From assembly GCA_963724295.1 (NCBI GenBank), contig CAVRUC010000004.1, forward strand, positions 32,001 to 96,000: DNA of 64,000 nucleotides. The letters are read 5' to 3'. The notes under the pieces were generated by a model, which saw only the letters and a program-made list of their open reading frames with translations, was not told where the DNA came from and made no database searches. This DNA comes from an uncultured Chloroflexia bacterium (GTDB lineage Bacteria; Chloroflexota; Chloroflexia; Thermomicrobiales; UBA6265). Positions 20,062 to 30,058 of the stretch are shown here, piece after piece. Both the position numbers and the translations under genes were made by a program. The stretch's first letter is position 1; each line of letters opens with the position of its first letter.

Positions 20062-20127
20062 ATCCTGGCGCCACGATTCGCATGCAGGCTTCGGTAATGC
20101 CGCATCGTACCAAAGAGGAGCCCGCGC

Positions 20128-21030
20128 TCAGGTGCTGCTCCAGAGCGACCTGCCGTCGTGGACTTCGTGTGTTATTGCACCAGCTCGGTGGAGGTGGCTC
20201 AGAAACGCGAAGACGGTTGGTTGCAGCAGGTAGAACGAGGGCGCGTCAACCACTGGAGCGTCGAATCGCCGCAAGATCGCTTCCAGAATGGCTTCGGCGG
20301 TTCGGGGGCTCGTCGTCAGCGCCAGTATCGCCGCCGCGACGCGCTCAGCAAGCGCCGCATTGAGGTCGATTGCCGCCTCGAGGTGCCCGTCTTCGAGCAC
20401 CGGCCCATGACCGGCAACGGCCACCCGGTGGGGTGTGTCACGGGCCAGTTCCAGCGCGGCCAGGTGCTCGGTCAGCGAGAAGAGATAGGGGATGCGGTAC
20501 TTGTCGAGAACGTTCTCCGGCAGGACGACGTCCGCGCAAAAGAAGACGTCACCGGCGAGGTAGCCGAGCTGGCCCGGCGAGTGGCCGAAGAGCGGCACGG
20601 CCTGGAGGCGAATCCCGGCGATCTCGTGAACGCCGGGCTCCACGATTGCATCGACCGGGCTGGGGTCGGCGAGCAGGAAATTCCCTCGCAGCGTGTCGAG
20701 CGGATCGGCGCCGCCGAAGAGCGATGCCGGTTGCAGCAAGGGGTAGCGGAGGAACGCCTCGTCGAACCTCGGCGCATGGACAATCGCGCCGGTCCGCTTC
20801 ACGATCGTCGCGTTGCCGCCGAAGTGGTCGGCGTGGGCGTGTGTGGTGAGCACTGCCACGATGTCGCCGCCGAGCTCCTCGCGCACGACCTTGATCGCCT
20901 TCCTGGCACTCGACTCGTTGAGCCCGGTATCCACGAGCACGATCTGCTCGTCGTCATTGACAAGGACCCCGATGTTGACACCGCCCGGGATGACCCAGGC
21001 CCGATCGCCAAGCGGTATCAAGATTCCCAA
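20128..21030 (-). CDS. MBL-fold metallo-hydrolase
   Basis: LVDTG, TTHAHADHFGG, GHSPG, FCAD, AGHG; TTG start after GAGGGGG. Confidence 0.88.
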   Translation of the reverse strand: MGILIPLGDRAWVIPGGVNIGVLVNDDEQIVLVDTGLNESSARKAIKVVREELGGDIVAVLTTHAHADHFGGNATIVKRTGAIVHAPRFDEAFLRYPLLQPASLFGGADPLDTLRGNFLLADPSPVDAIVEPGVHEIAGIRLQAVPLFGHSPGQLGYLAGDVFFCADVVLPENVLDKYRIPYLFSLTEHLAALELARDTPHRVAVAGHGPVLEDGHLEAAIDLNAALAERVAAAILALTTSPRTAEAILEAILRRFDAPVVDAPSFYLLQPTVFAFLSHLHRAGAITHEVHDGRSLWSST

Positions 21031-21101
21031 CCGATGTCCCCCTCGCTGACCCCGGAATGCTGAGCGGCGGCCACTATACTGGCGCTCCGGGAGGGAACGT
21101 A

Positions 21102-22046
21102 GTGGGTCACCAGTCGACCACCGCGGTGCGCCACGTCGTCGAGGTCGGGCAATTCGACCGTCCCGGTATCGAGCGGCTCTTTGCCGCCGCCGACCGGATG
21201 CGAGATCTGCCGCGACAGGCAACCCCGCTTGCCGGTTTCACGCTGGCCACCATCTTCTATGAGCCATCGACGCGTACCCGCCTCTCCTTTGAGACGGCGA
21301 TGCTCAAGCTCGGCGGCAATGTCATCTCGACCGAGAACGCGCGGGAGTTTTCCTCGGCTATCAAGGGCGAGTCGGTCGAAGATACCGTGCGCATCGTTGG
21401 CGGCTACGCTGACGCCATCGTTATTCGCCATTATGAGCAGGGATCGGCCCACCGTGCGGCCACGGTCGCCGCCGTACCGATCCTCAACGCCGGCGATGGA
21501 CCGGGAGAGCACCCCTCACAGGCGCTCCTCGATCTCTACACCATCGGTCACGAGCTGGGGCGCATCGACGGGCTGCGCGTGGCCCTGGTCGGTGATCTGC
21601 GCTATGGGCGCACGGCGCGATCGCTGGCCCGACTCTTTCGCCTCACCACCGGCACCGAGCTCATCTTCGTCTCGCCCCCCGCCGTCCCGATGGGGGAGGA
21701 TGTGCGTGCCGAGCTCGACAGCTCCGGCATTCCCTACCGCGATGAACCAGACCTCGATGCCGTGCTGCCGCACGTCGACGTCGTCTATCAGACGCGGGTG
21801 CAGAAGGAACGGTTCACCACCCCGGTAGAGTACGAGACCGCGCGCGGGCAGTATGTGATCGACAGCGATGCCATGCGGCGTCTCGGCCCGGCCGCTATCC
21901 TGCTCCATCCCCTGCCGCGCGTCGACGAGATTGCGACCGAGGTCGACCCCGATCCCCGCGCCGCCTATTTCCGGCAGGCGCACAACGGCGTATTTATCCG
22001 TATGGCTCTCCTGGAGCACGTCCTGGGAGACCGCTCGCGGGCTTGA
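21102..22046 (+). CDS. pyrB: Aspartate carbamoyltransferase catalytic subunit
   Basis: FYEPSTRTRLSF, NAGDG..EHPSQALLD, TRVQKERF, HPLPRVDEI. Confidence 0.96.
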   Translation: MGHQSTTAVRHVVEVGQFDRPGIERLFAAADRMRDLPRQATPLAGFTLATIFYEPSTRTRLSFETAMLKLGGNVISTENAREFSSAIKGESVEDTVRIVGGYADAIVIRHYEQGSAHRAATVAAVPILNAGDGPGEHPSQALLDLYTIGHELGRIDGLRVALVGDLRYGRTARSLARLFRLTTGTELIFVSPPAVPMGEDVRAELDSSGIPYRDEPDLDAVLPHVDVVYQTRVQKERFTTPVEYETARGQYVIDSDAMRRLGPAAILLHPLPRVDEIATEVDPDPRAAYFRQAHNGVFIRMALLEHVLGDRSRA

Positions 22047-22863
22047 CGGCCACGAAGCGCAGTCGTCGATAGTCGGCGACCCAGCGCCCCTCTCGCTCCA
22101 ACCGCGGCCGGGACAGTTCGTTCACCCGCTCCTGCACTCGCGCGCGGCGCTCGGCCGGCACCGGCGCCAGCAGGTCGCCGCCGAACATGCGCAGCCAATC
22201 GGCGATGCCGTTCGGGCAATCGTCCAGTGGTGTTGGCCGGTCGAAGAGCTGCATGAACCTCACTTCGAAGCCGGCCCGCTCCAACAGCGAGGCGTACTCA
22301 CCGATGCTCGGGAAGTACCACGGGTTGCGGACGTGCTCGCGGGAGATGCCTTCCTCGGCAAGCGCCTGATACGTGGCCGCGACGATGGTCGCGATGTTGC
22401 CGATGCCGCCCATCTCGGCCACGAACCTCCCACCTGGCTCGAGCGCCCGCGCCACGGACGCGGCGACTGCCTCCGGTGGCGACATCCAGTGCAGCGCGGC
22501 ATTGGAGAAGACGGCATCCACCGGCGCCTCAACCGCGAAGTCTTGCCCCTTGGCCACCTCGAACCGAAGCTGTGGGTAGAGCTCCCTGGCCCGGGCGATC
22601 ATCGCTTCCGAGGCGTCGATCCCCAGGACTTCGGCGCCGACCGCGGCGATCTGTGCCGTCAGCGCCCCGGTCCCGCACCCGAGGTCGATGATCCGCGCGC
22701 CTGGCCGCGGCGCAAGCAGCTCGACGACTCCGGCGCCCAGCTGGGTGATGATGCCGAACGATTCGTCGTAAAGCCTGGAGTCCCACTGCGTCGCCGAGCC
22801 CGGGACACCCCGCATGGACTCGCCGCCTGCATTCGTCCCGTTATTCTCACCCACCCTCGCCAA
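21994..22863 (-). CDS. Class I SAM-dependent methyltransferase (Tam-like); start uncertain
   Basis: IIDLGCGTG, FSNAALHW, PGGRF, ADYRRLRF. Confidence 0.9.
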   Translation of the reverse strand: MARVGENNGTNAGGESMRGVPGSATQWDSRLYDESFGIITQLGAGVVELLAPRPGARIIDLGCGTGALTAQIAAVGAEVLGIDASEAMIARARELYPQLRFEVAKGQDFAVEAPVDAVFSNAALHWMSPPEAVAASVARALEPGGRFVAEMGGIGNIATIVAATYQALAEEGISREHVRNPWYFPSIGEYASLLERAGFEVRFMQLFDRPTPLDDCPNGIADWLRMFGGDLLAPVPAERRARVQERVNELSRPRLEREGRWVADYRRLRFVAVKPASGLPGRAPGEPYG

Positions 22864-22911
22864 TCCCCTTTAGACCAGGCAACAGGAGCGAGCGCACAGG
22901 ATCCTCCACCA

Positions 22912-23904
22912 TCACCCATCACCCACGTCAGCGTTCCCGATCGCACTTGCCCTGCCCAGCAGCGCCGCGCCGATGACCCCAGCTTCGTAGCCGAGACTCG
23001 CGGGTCTGAAGGTGATCCGCGCAATGTCGATCACCCCCGTATGAGCGCGGGCGACCGCCTCGGCCGCGCGAAAAAAGCGACCTCCGGCAGGCGCCACTCC
23101 GCCCCCGATAACGATGACCTCGGGGGCCAGCAACGCGATAGCGCTCGCCAGGGTGATCCCTAACCAGCCGCCTGCCCGGTCGATGACGTCGATGGCCACG
23201 GGATCGCCCTCGTCCGCCGCGCGCGCCACCAGCTCGGGAGTAATCGCGTCGAGGTCTCCGCCAGACATTCCGCTGAGTGCCGTCGTGAAGCCCTGCACCA
23301 CTCTGCGCACCGCCTCGCCGACAATCGCCGGACCGTTCGCCAGTGTCTCGGCGCAACCGAGGTTGCCACAGGTACAGCGGGGGCCTTCCGGCTGCAGGAT
23401 CAGATGTCCGATCTCACCGGCCATCGCGCCCAGCCCATAAAGAATTCGGCCATGGGCGATCACCCCGCTGCCGATACCAGTGCCAACGGTGACGCAGAGC
23501 GCGGTGTCGGCGCCGGCCGCGGCGCCGAGCTGGTACTCAGCAAGCGCGAACGCTTTGGCGTCGTTGATGATGCCCACCGGCAAGGCGATGGCTGCGGCAA
23601 TGGCGGGGCCGACGGGGACATTCCGCCACCGTCCGGGCAGGTTTGGCAGGTCGCCGGTCACTCCGGTCACCATATCGACGTCGCCAGGTACGCCGATGCC
23701 GATCCCCGCGACGCGGATTTCCGGGTTCTCCGCCAGAAGCGAGCGAGCGCCCTCGATCATGCGCTCGATCACGGCGTCGTGTCCTTCCGCGCCACGGGTC
23801 GGCACCGTCAGACGGGCCGCGATGCGACTCTCACCATCGAGGAGAGCGAGCTTGAGATTCGTGCCCCCGAGATCGATCCCGATCGCGCCTGGCTCCTGAC
23901 TCAC
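22912..23904 (-). CDS. ROK family sugar kinase (glucokinase-like)
   Basis: GIDLGGT, NDA, GTGIGSG, AGEIGH, CTCGNLGCAE, IGGGV. Confidence 0.93.
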   Translation of the reverse strand: MSQEPGAIGIDLGGTNLKLALLDGESRIAARLTVPTRGAEGHDAVIERMIEGARSLLAENPEIRVAGIGIGVPGDVDMVTGVTGDLPNLPGRWRNVPVGPAIAAAIALPVGIINDAKAFALAEYQLGAAAGADTALCVTVGTGIGSGVIAHGRILYGLGAMAGEIGHLILQPEGPRCTCGNLGCAETLANGPAIVGEAVRRVVQGFTTALSGMSGGDLDAITPELVARAADEGDPVAIDVIDRAGGWLGITLASAIALLAPEVIVIGGGVAPAGGRFFRAAEAVARAHTGVIDIARITFRPASLGYEAGVIGAALLGRASAIGNADVGDG

Positions 23905-24242
23905 AGGACGCGACGTCCAAAGCCCGCGGGCAAACGTGCAGAATCTTGACCGTCGGGAGCGCCCGTGCCGTTCGGTCGAGACGCTTCGTACCTCAGCATG
24001 AGATGCCACCTTTTCGCGGTACCGACCTCGCGTCCCGCATTGTCGGGCGGGATGGCACGCTGTCAACCTCCGAGCCATGAAGAGGCGAGCGCGAATCGCT
24101 ATGGTAAACTGTACGTACATGGCGTCCGGTCACGTCCCGTGGCCCGCCGGCGCCCATCCCCCGCCAGTGTCTCGCGTCGCCTGCCACGGTTTCCTCGAGG
24201 GGATCGCCGGCGCGGCCGCGCGAGCATCGAGGGAAGCAGGGC

Positions 24243-26387
24243 ATGCCGAACCGCGATGAACAGCAGCACGGATCGCCGCGCGACGTGCCACCGGTCGGCC
24301 GGCCGCGTGGTGCCGTCTGGCGCTCGCTGCAGGCCGATGGCGTCGTTTGGGAAGGGCAGGTCCTTCTCGTAGGCGACGACGTCGATCTGGCGGCACGCAT
24401 GATCGTCACCCACCGCCGCGTCGTCTTCGTCCGTGGCGGCGACGTTGTGCTCGAGATGCCGCGCGGCTGGCTCCGTCCAGAACCGGTGCTGCGGCGCGAT
24501 GGCGTCCTCGAGCTCTTCGTTGCCATGCCGGGCGAGAACCTCTTCGACGAGCCGCTGCGCGTGCCGCTGCGCATGCGGGAGGGACACCCGGCTGCCGGAC
24601 ACATCATCGCCATGCTGGCGCCCAGTGGGGTTCGCCACATCGCGCCGGATGCCTTGTCGGGTCTGGAGCGGGCGCGCGAGGCCACTCCGGCGCCACGCTT
24701 TGGCAGCTTCTGGGACGATGAGCCCGACCCGCTTGGCAGCCGCAACGGTCTGGTCGGCACGGTCGATGACTTCGACCAGTATCCGGACCCGGCGGCCACT
24801 GAGACTCCTGATTCTGACTGGGCGCCCATCGAACCACCGGATCGGGTCGTACGCGTACCCTCGAATCCGCCGAAACGGCCAAACGCCAACGCCTTTCCCA
24901 TCGCCGGCATGTTGCCGCGCGACCAGCGGCGTTCACCCTGGCGATTGCTGATTCGGGTCGCCGCGTTGACCGTCCTCCTCGCCACCGCGGCAGCGCTCGG
25001 GGCAGGCCGACTCGATATCCAGGTTCCCGGCGCCGCCAACGAACCCGTTCTTGTGGCGCCGACCGCCACCATCCCCGCCACGACCTCTCCGACTCAGGCG
25101 CCAGAGGCGGCTCTCGGCCCCAATCAGGACTCGGCGATCGCCATCGGCGTCGGCGGACCAGCAGCGCAGGACTCGACCGGGGATGAGACGGCCGCGGCCC
25201 AGTCAGCCGCCACGCCGACGGAGACGTCGGTTCCGGTGCTGATGCCGACCGAGGTCGCAATCCCGACACCCGCATCGACCCTGACGCCGGAGCCAGTTCC
25301 CACGGCCACGCCGCAGCAGTCCACAGCTGCCGCTCCGGCCGCGGCGACGAATCCTTCTACTCCTTCTTCTGCCGCTGCCGGGATCGCCCCGCAAGACGAG
25401 TCCGCGGCAACCCCAGGGCAATCCTCCGTGACACAGGTCGCGGCCGTCGACCCCGGCGAGCCGCCGGCCCAGGAGATTGTCGTAGGTCCGCTCCGCCTGA
25501 CCATTCAGACCGCACTGCGCGCGGCGAGCCTTCCCCGATATGCGTTGCCCCCCGGCTCCGGTGAATGGCTACTCCTGATCGCCGATATCAGGAACGAGAG
25601 CGATGCTGCCGCTTCGCTCCCGATGAGTGATCTCCGCGTGTTCGACCGCGGCACGGCCACGGTCGTCGATCTCGACACCGGGACGGATGTCATTGCCGCC
25701 CTGGCCGGGTTCGATCCAGCCTGGAGCAACGACGACGTCATCGGCGTCGAACCGAGCGGGTCCGCCGAGACGCTCCTCCTCTACCTTCTGCCACCCGGGT
25801 CGAGCGATGATCTGGCGTTGCTCGTTGGACAGACCTCGATCGATCTGGGGCCGTCGCTGGCGCTGGGTGAAGCGGCGCCGGCCGCAATACCTGACCTTCT
25901 GGAGGCGACGATCGTCGCCGTCACCGATGGGTCGCGCCTCACGGTCGACGTGGCCGGCCAACAGGAAACGGTGCAGTATCTAGGGTTCCAGGCGCCAACC
26001 GGTGACGCCTGCTTCACCTCGGAAGCAACGACCGCCAACACGGCGCTAGTCGAAGGAGGTCAGGTCTGGCTGGAGCGGCAGGCAACCGATCGCGCAGAGG
26101 ACGGCGCGCTCTTGCGGGATGTCTGGATCGCCGATGCGAACGGCAACCGCGCTCTCGTCGCGGCGCGCCTGCTCGAGGCCGGGGCGGGGACGCCGGCTCC
26201 GGCCGCGCCCGACACCAGATACCAGGCCTGGCTGCAAGCCGCTGCCGCACTCGCTCGCTCCAACGGCGCCGGCTTGTGGGGCGCCTGCGGGGACGTTACC
26301 GCCAGTACGCAAGTGGTGCCGGATGACGCCCCACAGCTCGCCTTTCTCGGTGGCGCCTGGCGCAGCCGCTGGTGGTTGACCACCTGA
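24243..26387 (+). CDS. Membrane protein: cytoplasmic N-domain, TM, Pro/Thr linker, DUF4352-like Ig domain, degenerate thermonuclease (SNase) domain
   Basis: C-terminal ATIVAVTDGSRLTV...VQYLGFQAP...VWLERQATDR...VAARLLEAG...ARSNGAGLWGAC. Confidence 0.75.
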   Translation: MPNRDEQQHGSPRDVPPVGRPRGAVWRSLQADGVVWEGQVLLVGDDVDLAARMIVTHRRVVFVRGGDVVLEMPRGWLRPEPVLRRDGVLELFVAMPGENLFDEPLRVPLRMREGHPAAGHIIAMLAPSGVRHIAPDALSGLERAREATPAPRFGSFWDDEPDPLGSRNGLVGTVDDFDQYPDPAATETPDSDWAPIEPPDRVVRVPSNPPKRPNANAFPIAGMLPRDQRRSPWRLLIRVAALTVLLATAAALGAGRLDIQVPGAANEPVLVAPTATIPATTSPTQAPEAALGPNQDSAIAIGVGGPAAQDSTGDETAAAQSAATPTETSVPVLMPTEVAIPTPASTLTPEPVPTATPQQSTAAAPAAATNPSTPSSAAAGIAPQDESAATPGQSSVTQVAAVDPGEPPAQEIVVGPLRLTIQTALRAASLPRYALPPGSGEWLLLIADIRNESDAAASLPMSDLRVFDRGTATVVDLDTGTDVIAALAGFDPAWSNDDVIGVEPSGSAETLLLYLLPPGSSDDLALLVGQTSIDLGPSLALGEAAPAAIPDLLEATIVAVTDGSRLTVDVAGQQETVQYLGFQAPTGDACFTSEATTANTALVEGGQVWLERQATDRAEDGALLRDVWIADANGNRALVAARLLEAGAGTPAPAAPDTRYQAWLQAAAALARSNGAGLWGACGDVTASTQVVPDDAPQLAFLGGAWRSRWWLTT

Positions 26388-26420
26388 TCGATCGCCCATA
26401 CGAAGGTTCGCCGCAGAGCG

Positions 26421-26466
26421 AACAGAGCGAGCGCGTCACCGCCATGACGCGCTCGCTCTGTTTGTT
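26421..26466 (+). terminator. Strong hairpin, probable terminator
   Basis: Perfect 18-bp stem AACAGAGCGAGCGCGTCA / TGACGCGCTCGCTCTGTT followed by TGTT. Confidence 0.7.
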
Positions 26467-26559
26467 CACCGCCGCGGTCCCTTGCGCCGCGTGCCATCCC
26501 TTGGCACCATCCTTCCGGCGGCAAGGGAACGACCCCACGACGACAGCGGAGGAATCTGG

Positions 26560-28188
26560 ATGACGACCACGGCGGCCACGAACTCGGGAGACGAACTGCC
26601 TGCGGATGGCTCCCGCTACGACGCGATCGTCGTCGGCGCGGGTCACAACGGATTGATCGCGGCGAGCTACCTGGCCAAGGCCGGGAAAAAGGTGCTCGTG
26701 CTGGAGCGGCGCTCGATCATCGGCGGCGCGACCGTCACCGAGGAGTGGTTCCCAGGCTACCGGCTCTCAACCTGCTCCTACGTTTGCAATCTCCTGCTGC
26801 CAGAAGTGATCTCGGATCTGGAACTCGAGCGCCACGGCTATGACGTGCGCCCCTTCGATCCTCAATACTTCGTCCCCTTCCCCGACGGCTCCTATTTCAT
26901 GAGCTTCCTCGACGGGCGCAAGACGCGCGAGCAGATCGCGAAGTTCTCCCAACGCGACGTCGCCGGTTACGATGCCTACTGGGCGATGTGGGACCGCATC
27001 GTGGAGCGGATGCGGCCGTTGCTCCTGCAATCCGCGCCCACGTGGGATCAGATCGAGGCCCGCTTCTCTGGGCCCCAGGGGCAGGAAGACTGGCGGACGC
27101 TGACCCGCAAGAGCATCGCCGAACTTCTCGACGAGTACTTTGAATCCGAGCAGATCAAGGCGCCGCTCTCGACCGGAGGAGTGATCGGAGTCAACGCCGG
27201 TCCCATGACCCCCGGCACCGCGTACGTGAAGTATCACCACCTCATCGGTAGCATCGCCGGCCACCAGGGAGCCTGGGGTTTCGTGCGCGGCGGCATGGGC
27301 AGTATCCCGAAAGCGATCGCGGCCTTCGCTGGCGAGCACGGGGTCGACATCGCGACCGATAGCGAAGTCGCCGAAATCGAGATCCAGGACGGGTCGGCGA
27401 GGGGCGTGCGCACCGTCGACGGCCGCCGGTATGTGGCCGACATCATCCTCTCGAACGCGGACCCTACCCGCACCTTCCTCGGCATGGTCGGCGAGTCGCA
27501 CCTCCCGGCCGCGTTTGCGGACGGAGTGAAGCGCATCAAGGTCAAAGGCTCGGTGGTCAAGGTGCTGATGGCGCTCGGCGAGCTGCCCAACTTCACGGCA
27601 CTGCCGGGGACCACTGTTGGCCCGCAGCACACCGGCGGTATCGTCATCAACCCGTCGGTCGAGTACCTCGAGACCGCCTGGGACGACTGCAAGCGCGGTC
27701 ATCCCAGCCGTCGCCCCTTCATGGACTGCTACATCCAGACCGCGACCGAGGACGGTCTCACCCCGCCCGGCAAGCACACCATGAGCCTCTTCGTCCAGTA
27801 CGCGCCGTACGATCTGGCCGAGGGCTCGTGGGATCAGCGGCGAGACGAGATCGGCGCCAATATCATCGACACGCTCGCCATGTTCGCGCCGAACATCCCG
27901 AACGCCATCGAGCATCTCGAGGTGCTCGGTCCGCCCGACATCGAGCGCATCATCGGCATCACCGGCGGCAACATCTTCCACGGCGAGATACTGCCGGACC
28001 AGATGTTCGGCTACCGACCCGTCCCGGGCTTCAGCGACTACCGAACCCCGGTCGAACGCCTCTATCTCTGCGGCTCCGGCGCCTGGCCGGGCGGTGCGGT
28101 CTTCGGCGCGCCGGGTCGAAACTGCGCGCTGGAGGCGCTCCGGGATCTCGGCAGCAATCCATCATCGGTCGCAACCGCTGCCGACTAG
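26560..28188 (+). CDS. Phytoene dehydrogenase-like FAD oxidoreductase (PYROXD2-like)
   Basis: VVGAGHNGL, GGATVTEE, GGNIFHGE, YRTPVERLYLCGSG..PGG. Confidence 0.92.
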   Translation: MTTTAATNSGDELPADGSRYDAIVVGAGHNGLIAASYLAKAGKKVLVLERRSIIGGATVTEEWFPGYRLSTCSYVCNLLLPEVISDLELERHGYDVRPFDPQYFVPFPDGSYFMSFLDGRKTREQIAKFSQRDVAGYDAYWAMWDRIVERMRPLLLQSAPTWDQIEARFSGPQGQEDWRTLTRKSIAELLDEYFESEQIKAPLSTGGVIGVNAGPMTPGTAYVKYHHLIGSIAGHQGAWGFVRGGMGSIPKAIAAFAGEHGVDIATDSEVAEIEIQDGSARGVRTVDGRRYVADIILSNADPTRTFLGMVGESHLPAAFADGVKRIKVKGSVVKVLMALGELPNFTALPGTTVGPQHTGGIVINPSVEYLETAWDDCKRGHPSRRPFMDCYIQTATEDGLTPPGKHTMSLFVQYAPYDLAEGSWDQRRDEIGANIIDTLAMFAPNIPNAIEHLEVLGPPDIERIIGITGGNIFHGEILPDQMFGYRPVPGFSDYRTPVERLYLCGSGAWPGGAVFGAPGRNCALEALRDLGSNPSSVATAAD

Positions 28189-28232
28189 GAGCGGCGAATT
28201 GCTCACGATGCGCGTCGCGTCTCGCGGCTCGT

Positions 28233-28928
28233 CTAGTACCCCGCCCGCTTGCGTGCCGCCGCGATCGTAAACTCGGGGCTATTGATGAAATCCATCGTCG
28301 CCCGCTCCCGCGTGCGGACCTCCTCCACCGCCTCCGGTAGACCCTCGAGCACCTGGCGGGGCACGATGACGATGCCATTGGCGTCGCCGTGGAGGATGTC
28401 GCCGGTCCTGACCTCCTGACCGTCGAGCATTACCGGCTCGCCGACGGCGACCACTCCGAAGTTGCCATGCGAGACGACGACGTAGCGGGCGAAGTAGCCA
28501 AACCCAAGTCGCCGCACCTCGTGCACGTCACGCAGACCGCCGTCGGTCACCATCCCGACCGCGCCGACTCGCATCGCCATCGTCGTCATCACCTCGCCGG
28601 CCAGCGCGCATCGTGAGGGGGCGCCACTGATGTCCTGCACGACCAGCACAGAAGGTGCTGGCATGTCCGACAGCGCCTCGTACATGCGCCAGTAGTTCTC
28701 ACGCCCCGCGATGGAGCCGGGAGTGTTGGTCATCGTCACCGTGAGCGCTACCCCGACAATCGGCGGCAGCTCCGGGAAGAGCGCACGCACCTCTCCGCCG
28801 ATGAAGCCTTCGGTCCGGTCGCGGACCTTGAACGACTCGATCGCATTGCTGATCGTCGGACTATCGACGCTCTTCAGGAATGCGAGATCCTGCTCGCTGA
28901 TCGGTCGCACAATCGAGAAATCGGTCAT
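28233..28928 (-). CDS. RraA / HMG-aldolase family protein
   Basis: DSPTISNAIE, GEVM, VTDGGLRDV, GDILHGDANG. Confidence 0.88.
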   Translation of the reverse strand: MTDFSIVRPISEQDLAFLKSVDSPTISNAIESFKVRDRTEGFIGGEVRALFPELPPIVGVALTVTMTNTPGSIAGRENYWRMYEALSDMPAPSVLVVQDISGAPSRCALAGEVMTTMAMRVGAVGMVTDGGLRDVHEVRRLGFGYFARYVVVSHGNFGVVAVGEPVMLDGQEVRTGDILHGDANGIVIVPRQVLEGLPEAVEEVRTRERATMDFINSPEFTIAAARKRAGY

Positions 28929-29008
28929 TCAACTGTCCTCATCGTTGGTGAAGAACGGCACGCCACGCACCGCCCTGGCGTTCTCTCAGATGTGTCTCGT
29001 CCGGGTCC

Positions 29009-30058
29009 TCACGCGATTTCCGGTTGCCCTGAAGGCAGGTTGCCAGCCGGCTCTTCGCTTTCTCTCCGCAGGAGCTCGTAGATCGCGATCGCGCCAGCGG
29101 TCGCGGCATTGAGCGAGTCGACCCGGCCACGCATCGGCAATGCCAGCAGCAGGTCGCAGTGCTTGCGCAAGTTCGCTCCCAGCCCGGCACCTTCGGCCCC
29201 GACGACGAGCACAGCCGGCGTCGGAATCTCGGTCGTGAAGATGTTGCTCGCGCTCGATCCCGCATCCAGACCGGCGACCCACCGGCCGCTCCCCTTGAAA
29301 GCTTCCAGGGCGCGAGCCAGGTTGGGAACGGCGGCCACGCGGAGGTGCTCGACTGCGCCGGCCGAGGCATTGACCACCGCCGGGGTCACCGCCGCGGCGC
29401 GGTCGGCCGGGATCACGACGCCGGCCACACCGGCGGCCTCGGCCGCGCGAAAGAGGGTACCGACGTTCTGCGGATCCTGTAGATGATCGAGGACGAGGAT
29501 GGTTCCCGGCGTCCTCAGCAAATCCTCGAACTCCACGTAGCGGTACGGCTCCACTTCGAGGGCGATGCCCTGATGATTTGCGCCGCGGGTCGCGTCGTCG
29601 AGCATCATGCGGGGGATGCGGTCGATCTCCGCGCCCCGCTCGGTTGCCAGCGCCATCAGCCCCCGTAACCGCTCGTCTTCGCGCGCGCCTTCGGCAACGA
29701 AGAGCCGCTCGATACTCCGCCTGCCACGCAAGGCCTCCAGAACCGCATTGCGGCCATAGAGCAGCTCACGGCCCGTCCGCGCCAGGACCGGCATCGCGGG
29801 CGGTGGCGTCCGCTCCCTGGGTGCGCCGCGTGAACCCCGAGCGGGCCCGCCTCCGGGGCCGCCTGACCGGCCGCTTGATGGCCCACGCGGGCCACCCGGC
29901 TTCGGTCGTGATCGCGGCGCCTGTTTCTCGCCGTGGGTCGAGGACCGTTTGCCCCCGGATGGCGGCCCCTCGCGCCGGGCAGGTTTCCCCTGGTCGCGGC
30001 GTGACTTCGATCTATCCCCGTCGCTGCGTCCAGGTGGCTCCCGCCGGCGTATCTTCAA
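29009..30058 (-). CDS. rlmB: 23S rRNA G2251 2'-O-methyltransferase; start uncertain (alternative ATG 29794)
   Basis: LYGRNAVLEAL, NHQGI, LDHLQDPQNVG, ASAGA, GAEGAG, SLNAATA; located after cysS. Confidence 0.92.
   Translation of the reverse strand: MKIRRREPPGRSDGDRSKSRRDQGKPARREGPPSGGKRSSTHGEKQAPRSRPKPGGPRGPSSGRSGGPGGGPARGSRGAPRERTPPPAMPVLARTGRELLYGRNAVLEALRGRRSIERLFVAEGAREDERLRGLMALATERGAEIDRIPRMMLDDATRGANHQGIALEVEPYRYVEFEDLLRTPGTILVLDHLQDPQNVGTLFRAAEAAGVAGVVIPADRAAAVTPAVVNASAGAVEHLRVAAVPNLARALEAFKGSGRWVAGLDAGSSASNIFTTEIPTPAVLVVGAEGAGLGANLRKHCDLLLALPMRGRVDSLNAATAGAIAIYELLRRESEEPAGNLPSGQPEIA

Noticed and set aside
21994..22046. 53-bp convergent overlap of pyrB and the methyltransferase
   Set aside because: Involves only non-conserved tails; common in high-GC genomes
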